Shown here: piece after piece, positions 55,639 to 64,000 of the stretch
Layout: each line of letters starts with the position of its first letter
How positions within the stretch are numbered: the stretch's first letter is position 1
Origin: Gammaproteobacteria bacterium
GTDB taxonomy: Bacteria; Pseudomonadota; Gammaproteobacteria; SURF-13
NCBI GenBank assembly: GCA_003599485.1
Contig: QZKM01000018.1
Span: 278 to 64,277 of the forward strand
DNA length: 64,000 bases
Reading direction: 5' to 3'
Translations under genes and position numbers: made by a program
Notes under the pieces: generated by a model
What the model was told of the DNA's origin: nothing
Database searches by the model: none
What the model saw: the letters and a program-made list of their open reading frames with translations, nothing else

Positions 55639-56985
55639 TTATCCCTCTCCAAACAAATCGCCGTACAGGGCCTTGGCCCAATCCAGTGTCGCCGCGCCTT
55701 TGGCGGCGTCGCGCTTTTCATCCGTGCCGGTGCTTTCCTTGGCGGGGCTGAAGGCCTTGGCGGTGGTGTCGTAGCTGAAGCTCACCCACATGCTGATCGC
55801 CTCCTGCGGGGCGGTGTTCACCATGGAATAACACAGGCTGGCGGGGCTGGTCCAATCAATCGTCTTGCCCGCCGCGTGCGCGGCAATGACCTTGGCTACG
55901 TATTTTCCTTCGCTGTTGGCGAGGTGCGCGCTCTTGGGGAAGCCCATCGGACGGCTGTCGCCGGTCACGTACACGCGCGAATCGCCCGGCACGTGATATT
56001 TCCGCACGTCTATGCGCGCCTCTTTTTGCGGACTCTTGGCGTCAACCAGGCCCGCCACTTCGATCAATTTCGAGGCGCGCACGCCGGGATAGATCGCGGC
56101 CTCGTCAAAATCATACGAGTCAAACTCGGTGCGGATGGTTTTTGCGTCCGCGTCCACGCCGGTGATGTTCACCGACGGAACGTATTCGACGTAGTCCTTG
56201 TACAGCTCGTTAAACGCGGCGTGGAAGCCGTCCTTTTTCACCGCGATGTCGGGGTTGTTGTCCAGCACCAGCACCTTGCCCTTGATTTTGTGCTTCTTGA
56301 AGTAAGACGCAATCATGCAGGTGCGCTCATATGGCGCGGGCTTGCAGCGGAAGTTGCCGCCGGGGACGGTTTGTATGAAAACCCCGCCCTTGAAGTTTTC
56401 AATCTTGCGCTTGATGGAAACATGCTCCGCGCCCGTCATCCAGCCAGCGGGATATCCGGTGCGCAAACGGTATTCGGTGTCCGGGTCGTTCACGCCGATA
56501 CGCGCGTAGTCGTAATCTATGCCGGGCGCGAGCACCAGATAGTCGTAGGCGATTTCGCCCTGATCGGTGTGCACCTTGCGCCCGGCGCGGTCCACGCCGG
56601 TGCAGGTGGCGTTGAAAAAGACGTAGCCGCCGCGCTTCGCGGCGTCCAGGAAGCTGTGCCCGGCGAGAAATTCCAGGTCAATGACATCGGCATACCACAG
56701 ATTGCTGGAAAAACACGAGCTGTACATGGCGCGCTTTTCCACCAGCACCACGTCAAAACCCGGATTTTCAATCTTGAGATATTTGGCGATGGTAAGGCCG
56801 GACGTGCCTCCGCCCACCACCACCACGCGCGGGCCCCTGGCCTTGGGCAGATAGGCCTTCTTCCCCGTGCTGACGCCCTTGGGCGCGGCCTGCGCCAGAC
56901 CGGGCAGTCCGCCCGACGCGCCCGCGGCCAACGCGGCGCCGGAAAGTTTGATAAAACCACGCCGGGACAATTTGTTTTTGCTCAT
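55639..56985 (-). CDS. Tat-exported flavocytochrome c sulfide dehydrogenase flavoprotein (FccB/SoxF-like)
   Basis: SRRGFIK Tat signal, VVVGGGTSG, FRCKPAPYER and LCYS redox cysteines, PKSAH.A. Confidence 0.85.
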   Translation of the reverse strand: MSKNKLSRRGFIKLSGAALAAGASGGLPGLAQAAPKGVSTGKKAYLPKARGPRVVVVGGGTSGLTIAKYLKIENPGFDVVLVEKRAMYSSCFSSNLWYADVIDLEFLAGHSFLDAAKRGGYVFFNATCTGVDRAGRKVHTDQGEIAYDYLVLAPGIDYDYARIGVNDPDTEYRLRTGYPAGWMTGAEHVSIKRKIENFKGGVFIQTVPGGNFRCKPAPYERTCMIASYFKKHKIKGKVLVLDNNPDIAVKKDGFHAAFNELYKDYVEYVPSVNITGVDADAKTIRTEFDSYDFDEAAIYPGVRASKLIEVAGLVDAKSPQKEARIDVRKYHVPGDSRVYVTGDSRPMGFPKSAHLANSEGKYVAKVIAAHAAGKTIDWTSPASLCYSMVNTAPQEAISMWVSFSYDTTAKAFSPAKESTGTDEKRDAAKGAATLDWAKALYGDLFGEG

Positions 56986-57056
56986 CAGGCAACTCCCTCA
57001 ATCAAGGCGGTGGAGAAAGATGAAATGGTAAGTGCAAGCCGTCCGTTAATCAATCA

Positions 57057-57704
57057 TTATTGCACGCGTGCGGGACAGATTTCACCCAGGCAGCATAACG
57101 CGCAGCGTGGACGCGGGCGGCAGATTTCCTTGGCGTGGCGCACGATGAGCGCGTGAAACTCGTTGAATAACCTGATTTTTCCCTTGCCGCGCCAGCCTTT
57201 TTCAAACAGGGCGCGCAGCGTTTCATAATCCTCGTCGCCGCGCACGTGACCCAGGCGGCTGTGCAGGCGGCGGGTGTAGGCGTCTATCACAAACACCGGG
57301 CGTTCGAAGGCGTACAGCAGAATGTCGTCCGCGGTCTCCGGCCCGATGCCGTTCACCGCCAGCAGCCGCCTGCGCAACACCGGCGTGGCGAGCCGCGCCA
57401 GCGCCTCGTGCCCGCCTTGCGCGAGATACCAGGCGCAGAAATTGCGCAGGCGTTTGGCCTTGATGTTGAAATAGCCGGAGGGCTGGAGCAGGCGCGCGAG
57501 GCGCGCGTGCGGCAGGCGCGTGATGACCTTCGGATCAAGCGCTTGGGCCCGTTTGAGATTGGCGATGGCCTTTTCGACGTTGCTCCACGCGGTGTTCTGC
57601 GTGAGCACCGCGCCCGCCATGACTTCAAACGCCGTCTCGCCCGGCCACCAGTGTTGCGGGCCATAGTGGCGGTAAAGCGTGCGGTATACCTTGGTGAAGC
57701 TCAC
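57057..57704 (-). CDS. Endonuclease III-like HhH-GPD glycosylase
   Basis: GPQHWWP, LTQNTAW.NV, GIGPETAD, C-terminal C-x6-C-x2-C-x5-C. Confidence 0.9.
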   Translation of the reverse strand: MSFTKVYRTLYRHYGPQHWWPGETAFEVMAGAVLTQNTAWSNVEKAIANLKRAQALDPKVITRLPHARLARLLQPSGYFNIKAKRLRNFCAWYLAQGGHEALARLATPVLRRRLLAVNGIGPETADDILLYAFERPVFVIDAYTRRLHSRLGHVRGDEDYETLRALFEKGWRGKGKIRLFNEFHALIVRHAKEICRPRPRCALCCLGEICPARVQ

Positions 57705-57714
57705 ACCTTGAAGA

Positions 57715-58527
57715 TCAATGTCTGCGCGTCGTCCGGCGCGGCTTGCGTGGTGCCAATGAAGGTTTTACGTTGCGCCGGGCAACGGGCTCAGGTTGCAGAC
57801 CCACGCTTTGCAGCAGCGGCGCGAGTTGCTCCTCATCCAGTTCCTTATGCTGCCCGCGGTGCAGCCCGCGCGGCAGCGTGATGGGGCCAAAGCGCACGCG
57901 CGTCAGGCGGCTCACCTTCACGCCCTGCGATTCCCACAGACGCCGCACCTCGCGCTTGCGTCCTTCCCTGAGCGTGACGTGGTACCAGCGGTTGGCGCCC
58001 TCGCCGCCTGCGTCCACGATGCTGTCGAAATGCGCCGGGCCGTCATCCAGCGTCACGCCCTGCTTGAGCCTGCGCAGCATGGCCTGGTCCACCTGGCCCA
58101 GCACGCGCACCGCGTATTCGCGCTCCAGCTCATGCGAAGGGTGCATGAGGCGGTTGGCGAGTTCGCCGTCGGTGGTGAACAGCAGCAGGCCGGAGGAATT
58201 GATGTCGAGGCGGCCGACCATGATCCAGCGCCCCTTGCGCAGCGGCGGCAGTTTGTCGAACACCGTGGCGCGCTGCTCCGGATCGGAGCGCGTGCACATC
58301 TCTCCTTCCGGCTTGTAATACATCAGCACGCGCCGCTTGACTCCGCTCAGGCGGTGCGCCTGCACCGGCACGTCGTCGAGGGTGATGGCGTCATCGGGGC
58401 CCGCCGTGTCACCCAGCCTGGCCGCTACGCCGTTGAGCTTGACTCGCCCCGCCTTGATCCAGTCTTCGATCTCGCGCCGCGAGCCGTAACCGGCGTGCGC
58501 CAAGAGTTTTTGCAGTCGTTCAGACAT
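57715..58527 (-). CDS. rluB: 23S rRNA pseudouridine synthase RluB
   Basis: ERLQK S4 domain, GRLDINSSGL, EGRKREVRR; follows scpB. Confidence 0.92.
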   Translation of the reverse strand: MSERLQKLLAHAGYGSRREIEDWIKAGRVKLNGVAARLGDTAGPDDAITLDDVPVQAHRLSGVKRRVLMYYKPEGEMCTRSDPEQRATVFDKLPPLRKGRWIMVGRLDINSSGLLLFTTDGELANRLMHPSHELEREYAVRVLGQVDQAMLRRLKQGVTLDDGPAHFDSIVDAGGEGANRWYHVTLREGRKREVRRLWESQGVKVSRLTRVRFGPITLPRGLHRGQHKELDEEQLAPLLQSVGLQPEPVARRNVKPSLAPRKPRRTTRRH

Positions 58528-58550
58528 GAGCAGGCAAACCGCGCCAAGAC

Positions 58551-59189
58551 TTAATCTACGTTGCCTGAATCTATGCTGGCAGAATCCGCATCGGCGGCCG
58601 CTTCAACCTGCTGCGCGGGCAACATCTCCGCCAAATCCAGTTCCGGGTGCGCGGCGTCCTGCGCCGGAAGCTCGGCCAGCGCAGGCAACTCTTCCAGGCC
58701 GCGCAGATTGAAGTAATCCAGAAACTCGCGCGTGGTCGCGTACAGCGCGGGCCTCCCCGGCACTTCGCGGTGACCCACGATGTGTATCCATTCGCGCTCC
58801 TGCAAGGTCTTCATGATGCTGGAGGCGATGGTCACGCCGCGGATCTCCTCGATCTCGGCGCGCGTGATGGGTTGCCGGTAGGCGATCAGGGCCAGCGTCT
58901 CCAGCAGGGCGCGCGAGTAGCGTGGCGCGCGCTCCTCCCACAGCCTCGCCACCCAGGGCGCGAATTCCTGCCTGACCTGGATGCGCCAGCCGCTGGCCAC
59001 CTCGCGCAATTCCAGGCTGCGCGAGGTATAGTCGTCGCGCAGTTGCTGCAGCGCCTCGCGCAATTGTCCGCGCGCGGGCCGCTCCGTCTCGTTGAACAAA
59101 CCGGACAGGCGTTCTTCGCTCAACGGTTCGCCTGCCGCGAGCAGCGCGGCCTCCAGAATGTTCTTTATCGCCGTCGTGTCCATGGTCAT
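58551..59189 (-). CDS. scpB: SMC-Scp complex subunit ScpB
   Basis: ILEAALL, SRALLETLALIAYRQPITR.EIE.IRGV, PGRP. Confidence 0.95.
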   Translation of the reverse strand: MTMDTTAIKNILEAALLAAGEPLSEERLSGLFNETERPARGQLREALQQLRDDYTSRSLELREVASGWRIQVRQEFAPWVARLWEERAPRYSRALLETLALIAYRQPITRAEIEEIRGVTIASSIMKTLQEREWIHIVGHREVPGRPALYATTREFLDYFNLRGLEELPALAELPAQDAAHPELDLAEMLPAQQVEAAADADSASIDSGNVD

Positions 59190-59992
59190 GTGTCCGCGCT
59201 CGCGCTTCTGACGTGAATCACGCCATACAAATCATGCTGCACCAATTCAATCAGCGATTCCTTGATGAGTTCCAGCAACGCCAGAAACGTCACCACCACG
59301 CCACGCCGCCCTTCCTCGTGCGGGAACAGCGCCCCGAACTCGGTAAAGTGATCGGCGCGGATGCGGCTCAGAATCTGGCTCATGCGTTCGCGCACCGAGA
59401 GCGGGTCACGCTGAATGTGATGGTGGGTGTACATCGCGGCGCGCGCAAGCGCGTCGTTGAACGCGCGCAGCAATTCATCCAGCGTCACCGCGGGCGGTGG
59501 CCGCGTCACCGACTTGAAGCGCGCCTCGGCCAGGGCCTGAAACACGTCGCGACCCAATTGCGGCAGTGCGTCGAATTTTTCTGCGGCCTGTTTAAAGCGC
59601 TCGTACTCCAGCAGGCGCCGCACCAGTTCGGCGCGCGGGTCCTGCTCTTCTCCCGCCTCGACCGGGCGCGGCAACAGCATGCGCGACTTGATCTCGGCCA
59701 GCATCGCGGCCATCAACAGGTATTCCGCGGCCAGTTCCAGGCGTAGCTCGATCATCAGGCCGATATACTCAATGTATTGTTGCGTGACACGGGCGATGGG
59801 GATGTCCAGGATGTCCAGGTTCTCGCGCTTGATGAGATAGAGCAGCAAATCGAGCGGGCCCTGAAAGGTTTCCAGAAAAACCTCCAGCGCATCGGGCGGG
59901 ATGTACAGGTCGTGCGGCAGCTCGGTCACCGGCTCGCCTCTCACCTTGGCGATGGGCGTCTGCGCCGCCGCGTCTGTCAGCATATCGTTCAT
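59186..59992 (-). CDS. scpA: Segregation and condensation protein ScpA
   Basis: FQGPLDLLLYLI, IKSRMLLP, DPRAELVRRL, TFLALLEL; start at ATG 59992. Confidence 0.95.
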   Translation of the reverse strand: MNDMLTDAAAQTPIAKVRGEPVTELPHDLYIPPDALEVFLETFQGPLDLLLYLIKRENLDILDIPIARVTQQYIEYIGLMIELRLELAAEYLLMAAMLAEIKSRMLLPRPVEAGEEQDPRAELVRRLLEYERFKQAAEKFDALPQLGRDVFQALAEARFKSVTRPPPAVTLDELLRAFNDALARAAMYTHHHIQRDPLSVRERMSQILSRIRADHFTEFGALFPHEEGRRGVVVTFLALLELIKESLIELVQHDLYGVIHVRSASADT

Positions 59993-59997
59993 TGCGT

Positions 59998-61215
59998 TCA
60001 GCGGTAGGCGAGACCCATGGCCTCGCGCACCTCTTCCATGGTCACGCACGCCACGTCGCGCGCCGCCTCGCAGCCCTCGGCGATGATGTTGCGCACCAGC
60101 GCGGGATTGTTTTCGAATTCCAGCGCGCGTTCGCGGATCGGGGCCAGTTCTGCCAGCACCGCGTCTATCAGCGGCTGCTTGCATTCCAGGCAGCCGATTC
60201 CGGCGCTGCGGCAGCCCTTCTGCGCCCAGTCCTGGGTCTCCGCTGTGGAGTAAATTTTGTGCAGCGGCCACACCGGGCATTTTTCCGGCTCGCCCGGATC
60301 GGTGCGGCGCACCCGCGCCGGGTCGGTGGGCATGGCGCGCAGTTTCGCCTGCACCGATTGCGGCGCCTCGCGCAGCGCGATGGTGTTGTCGTAGGACTTG
60401 GACATCTTCTGCCCGTCCAGACCGGGAAACTTGGAGGCCGGGGTGAGCAGCGCCTGCGGCTCCGGCAGGATGATGATGCCGCCGCCTTCCAGATAGCCGA
60501 TCAGGCGCTCGCGGTCGCTCAGGGTCATGTTCTGCCGCGCCTCGACCAGCGCGCGCGCGGTTTGCAGCGCTTCGTCATCGCCCTGCTCCTGATAACGCTT
60601 GCGCAGTTCCTTATAGAGCCTGGCGTTTTTCGCGCCCATCTTTTTGATCGCCGCCTCGGCCTTTTCCTCAAAACCGGGTTCGCGTCCGTAGATATGATTA
60701 AAACGCCGCGCCACCTCGCGCGTCAACTCCACGTGCGCCACCTGGTCTTCGCCCACCGGCACCAGGCTCGCTTTATAGATCAGGATATCCGCGCTTTGCA
60801 ATAATGGATAACCGAGAAAGCCGAAGGTGGCGAGGTCTTTCTCCTTGAGTTTTTCCTGCTGATCCTTGTAGCTCGGCACGCGCTCCAGCCAGCCGAGCGG
60901 AGTAATCATGGACAGCAGCACGTGCAGCTCCGCGTGCTCCGGCACGCGCGACTGGATGAACAGCTTGGCCACGCCGGGGTTGATGTCGGCGGCCAGCCAG
61001 TCTATCACCATGTCCCACACGTGCTCGCCGATAATGCCCGGCTCGTCGTAGTGCGTGGTGAGCGCGTGCCAGTCGGCGACGAAGAAGAAACACTCATACT
61101 CGTGCTGCAGGCGCACCCAGTTTTTCAGTACCCCGTGGTAGTGGCCGAGGTGCAGCCTGCCGGTGGGGCGCATGCCGGAGAGCACGCGCGCGTGCCTGTC
61201 GGGAATGGAATTCAC
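59998..61215 (-). CDS. trpS: Tryptophanyl-tRNA synthetase
   Basis: SGMRPTG.LHLGH, VPVGEDQ, KMSKS. Confidence 0.97.
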   Translation of the reverse strand: MNSIPDRHARVLSGMRPTGRLHLGHYHGVLKNWVRLQHEYECFFFVADWHALTTHYDEPGIIGEHVWDMVIDWLAADINPGVAKLFIQSRVPEHAELHVLLSMITPLGWLERVPSYKDQQEKLKEKDLATFGFLGYPLLQSADILIYKASLVPVGEDQVAHVELTREVARRFNHIYGREPGFEEKAEAAIKKMGAKNARLYKELRKRYQEQGDDEALQTARALVEARQNMTLSDRERLIGYLEGGGIIILPEPQALLTPASKFPGLDGQKMSKSYDNTIALREAPQSVQAKLRAMPTDPARVRRTDPGEPEKCPVWPLHKIYSTAETQDWAQKGCRSAGIGCLECKQPLIDAVLAELAPIRERALEFENNPALVRNIIAEGCEAARDVACVTMEEVREAMGLAYR

Positions 61216-61216
61216 T

Positions 61217-61876
61217 TTACCCCCTTAATCCCACAATGAAATACAACAGCGATTGCAGTCCGTCTATCACCGGCCCCAATATACTCCCCAGCACGCCGCT
61301 CATCAGCAGCAGCAACAGCACCAGCAATCCGTAAGGCTCAATACGATTCAACTGCCACGACCAGGGGCCGGGCAACAGACCGGACACTACGCGGCCGCCG
61401 TCCAGCGGCGGCAGCGGCAGCAGGTTCAGCACCATCAGCACCAGATTGATCACAATGCCGGCTTGGCCGGCGTAAAACAGATAGGCGCCAAGCCATGGCA
61501 ACTCATGGTTGACGCCGATGCCGATGCGCAACATGATCACCCAGAGCAGCGCCATGAGCAGATTCGACAGCGGCCCCGCGGCGGCGACCAGCGCCATGTC
61601 GCGTTTCGGGTGCTTGAGATTCTCCCAGGTCACCGGCACCGGCTTGGCCCAGCCGAAGATGAACGGACTGAACAGCAGCATCAGCAACGGCAGCAGCACG
61701 GTGCCTATCGGGTCTATGTGCTTGAGGGGATTGAGGGTGAGGCGGCCAAGCATCATCGCCGTCGGATCGCCGAGCCTGCGCGCCACCCAGCCGTGCGCCA
61801 CTTCATGAACCGTTATCGCAAACAGCACCGGCAGCGCCCACACGGCGATGCGCTGCAGCGTACTCATTTCATCCAT
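61217..61876 (-). CDS. Site-2 protease family (M50)
   Basis: HEVAH, NLLPLPPLDG, TM helices. Confidence 0.93.
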   Translation of the reverse strand: MDEMSTLQRIAVWALPVLFAITVHEVAHGWVARRLGDPTAMMLGRLTLNPLKHIDPIGTVLLPLLMLLFSPFIFGWAKPVPVTWENLKHPKRDMALVAAAGPLSNLLMALLWVIMLRIGIGVNHELPWLGAYLFYAGQAGIVINLVLMVLNLLPLPPLDGGRVVSGLLPGPWSWQLNRIEPYGLLVLLLLLMSGVLGSILGPVIDGLQSLLYFIVGLRG

Positions 61877-62610
61877 CAAACCATTATATCCAGATTCGAT
61901 ACAAAATTAAATATTTTATTTTCTCCAATTTTTTCTAATCTTATACTTCCCAAAAGAAGATATGCATTGATAGCATCATCTACAAATAGATAATCCCTGA
62001 TTACATTTCCTCCCCACATTGTTGGTCTTTTACCCGACAAGACTGATTGTATTGTTTTTGGAATAAGCCGGTTAAAGTTTAAATCTCCCGGTCCATAAAT
62101 ATTTACAAATCTAGGTATAAGGACTGGTAAATTAAAAGTTGTAACATAACTTTGAGCTATTAAATCTGCACAAGATTTTGATGTTTCATAGGGTCTGGAT
62201 GGTCTTGGAGTGTACCCTTCAAAATATGGAACTTTATTTTTCCCATATACGTGAGATGTGGAAGATATAATAACTCTTTCAAGATTATTTTTTCTTGCAC
62301 TCTCTAAAATATTTAGTGCTCCTTCTATGTTTACTTTATATGTCTTGTAAGGATTGCTTTGACCAGTTTCCACCAGCGACTCTCCTGCAAGATGGAAACA
62401 TATTTCTATCTTTGATTTTTTTATAAACTCATCAACTTTGCGGAAATCTAAAATATCAGCTTTTAATACTTTATCTTTATTCTTAACCGACTTTGATATA
62501 CCATAAACATCTGATCCAAGAGTTTTGAGTTTTTTAGCAAGATTACTGCCAACAAAACCATTTATACCTGTTATCAGTACCCTTTTACTTTTAAAAATTT
62601 GTGTTTGCAT
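61876..62610 (-). pseudogene. C-terminally truncated NAD-dependent sugar epimerase/dehydratase (low-GC segment)
   Basis: GINGFVG, YETSK, NIYGPGD; only 244 aa, family-like sequence ends at IFNF where base composition flips. Confidence 0.75.
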
Positions 62611-62619
62611 AATTTTATT

Positions 62620-63456
62620 TTATTTTTTAACTAGAACTCCTAATACACCCGCCATCACTTCTCCACTTCTTAAAATTATAACTCCTAAAGTCACCAAAGG
62701 TCTTCTAGTAAATAGTTGCCAATGTTTAAAATATGCTTTTTTTATTGGAAAAAATTGTGAAGCCGCAACTTGCGGCCTTCTCTTTAAATATTCTCTGAAA
62801 GCCCTACTGTAATAAAATTTCTTTTTTACTCTTTGTAAGAGCTTTGTTTCTCCTTCGTCATGATATATAAAGTTGGTAATTTTCCCAATTTTTCCTTTTT
62901 CTGCCATTCTATAATGAAAGTCTGAATCTTCTATACCCACAACTGCTTCATCATAACCACCTATCAGCACTGCATCTTTCTTTCTAAAAAATCTGCAGCA
63001 CTCATTAAGCCCGCTTTCTAAATAAGTAGAAACATATCTTTCCAATGCCACACACTCTGTCCAAAAACCTTTCCCAATAGAAATTTCGGGTATTGTAAGA
63101 GCTATGTTTTGTCCTTTTGTTAATACGCTTGAACATTCTTCAATAACTTTTGGTGTTAAGTACATATCCTGATCCATAACTAGAATATATTCACCTCTTG
63201 CTTCTTTTATCCCTCTATTTCTTTGTATGCTTCTTTCAGGTCCATCTTTAAAAAACCGGGCATATTCTTTTATAATATTCTCACACTTTCTCTGTTCTTC
63301 TTTACCATAATAAGGACTATCAACCACAACAATTTCTACATTTGGATATGTTTGATCCTTGATAGATAGCAAACATTTTTCTATTGTTCTTGAACTGTCG
63401 TATGTCGCAAGAACAACTGTAACTAAAGGTAATTTTTCCATTTTTTTATTTATCAT
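62620..63456 (-). CDS. Glycosyltransferase family 2 (low-GC segment)
   Basis: VTVVLATY, EIVVVD, RNRG, MDQD (DxD), GGYDE, EDSD. Confidence 0.9.
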   Translation of the reverse strand: MINKKMEKLPLVTVVLATYDSSRTIEKCLLSIKDQTYPNVEIVVVDSPYYGKEEQRKCENIIKEYARFFKDGPERSIQRNRGIKEARGEYILVMDQDMYLTPKVIEECSSVLTKGQNIALTIPEISIGKGFWTECVALERYVSTYLESGLNECCRFFRKKDAVLIGGYDEAVVGIEDSDFHYRMAEKGKIGKITNFIYHDEGETKLLQRVKKKFYYSRAFREYLKRRPQVAASQFFPIKKAYFKHWQLFTRRPLVTLGVIILRSGEVMAGVLGVLVKK

Positions 63457-64000
63457 ACTGTTCTTTTATTACATTCCATATTTTCTCTCCTGCTTTCTGC
63501 CATTCAAATTGCCTAGACCAAATAATAGCCTGCTTGGACAGCTTATTATACATTGGCTTATCTTCTATCAAAAGAGCAGTTGCCTTTGCAAGATCATCAC
63601 AACAGTTTTTATTTGTCAACAAACCGGTTTTATTGTTTTGGATTGAATCTCTAAGCCCCGGAACATTGTAGCCCACTGCTGGCGTCCCAACTGAATTTGA
63701 TTCAATCACATTTATTCCCCATCCCTCTGTTTTTGAAGGATGGACTAAAACCCAAGCCCTAGAAAGCAATTTAAACTTCTGCTTTTCTGAAACATAATCA
63801 TAGAATACTACTTTATCTGTTAAATTAAATTCATTTATTAATTTTTTTAAGCTTTTAACATAGTTTTTTTCTCCTTTTCCAATTATCCACAGTTGAATAT
63901 CTAGAATATGTTTTAATTTCTCCAGAACATAAACAACATCCTCTATGCCTTTTGATTTTGCCACTCTTCCTAGGAAAATCAGAGTTGGTTTTTTAATTTT
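63446..64000 (-). CDS. Glycosyltransferase family 4 (5' end beyond the window)
   Basis: LIFLGRVAKSKG, PSKTEGWGINVIE, GLRDSI; frame stays open to the window edge. Confidence 0.9.
   Translation of the reverse strand, partial: KIKKPTLIFLGRVAKSKGIEDVVYVLEKLKHILDIQLWIIGKGEKNYVKSLKKLINEFNLTDKVVFYDYVSEKQKFKLLSRAWVLVHPSKTEGWGINVIESNSVGTPAVGYNVPGLRDSIQNNKTGLLTNKNCCDDLAKATALLIEDKPMYNKLSKQAIIWSRQFEWQKAGEKIWNVIKEQYDK

Noticed and set aside
58551..59992. scpA-scpB without smc as a Wadjet-like defence system
   Set aside because: trpS-scpA-scpB-rluB is a common housekeeping arrangement with smc encoded elsewhere; no jetC or jetD is present
61874..61878. TGATG stop/start overlap implying the dehydratase and site-2 protease form an operon
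   Set aside because: The stop arises from read-through into native promoter sequence after the composition break, so the overlap is probably incidental

Overview
Mostly a GC-rich (by eye ~60-65%) gammaproteobacterial chromosomal backbone. In order: dapB(partial)-dnaJ-dnaK-grpE-hrcA, nadK-recN, an L,D-transpeptidase + MepK-like pair, fur-bamE-ratB-ratA-smpB-ssrA (tmRNA), a sigma54/NtrC-type nitrate assimilation operon (nirB-nirD-nasA-narK-PP2C/kinase fusion) with divergent mobA-moeA, an extremely basic 130-aa protein, the gyrA-serC-serA-pheA-hisC-tyrA-aroA-cmk-rpsA-ihfB-lapAB-pyrF-wbpL-wbpM-galU-hemH run, and mtnA/ompA/mtaD/GGDEF-EAL/ubiG/gph/rmuC. An accessory patch at ~52.1-55.6 kb holds a DUF2235 lipase-like gene, a REP doublet, a frameshifted nuclease, a GNAT gene cassette with a clear integron attC site and a toxin-antitoxin pair, with no integrase in the window. 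After it come a Tat-exported sulfide dehydrogenase flavoprotein and a Nth-like glycosylase, rluB, scpBA, trpS and a site-2 protease. At ~61.9 kb the DNA switches abruptly to ~30% GC in the middle of a truncated sugar dehydratase gene (probable chimera or foreign DNA). Most notable signals: the integrase-less cassette remnant, a recurring leaderless-promoter geometry, an AT-rich repeat patch inside gyrA, heptamer inverted-repeat hairpins on both sides of serA, the histone-H1-like protein and the composition cliff. All calls come from reading the sequence; no searches were run.
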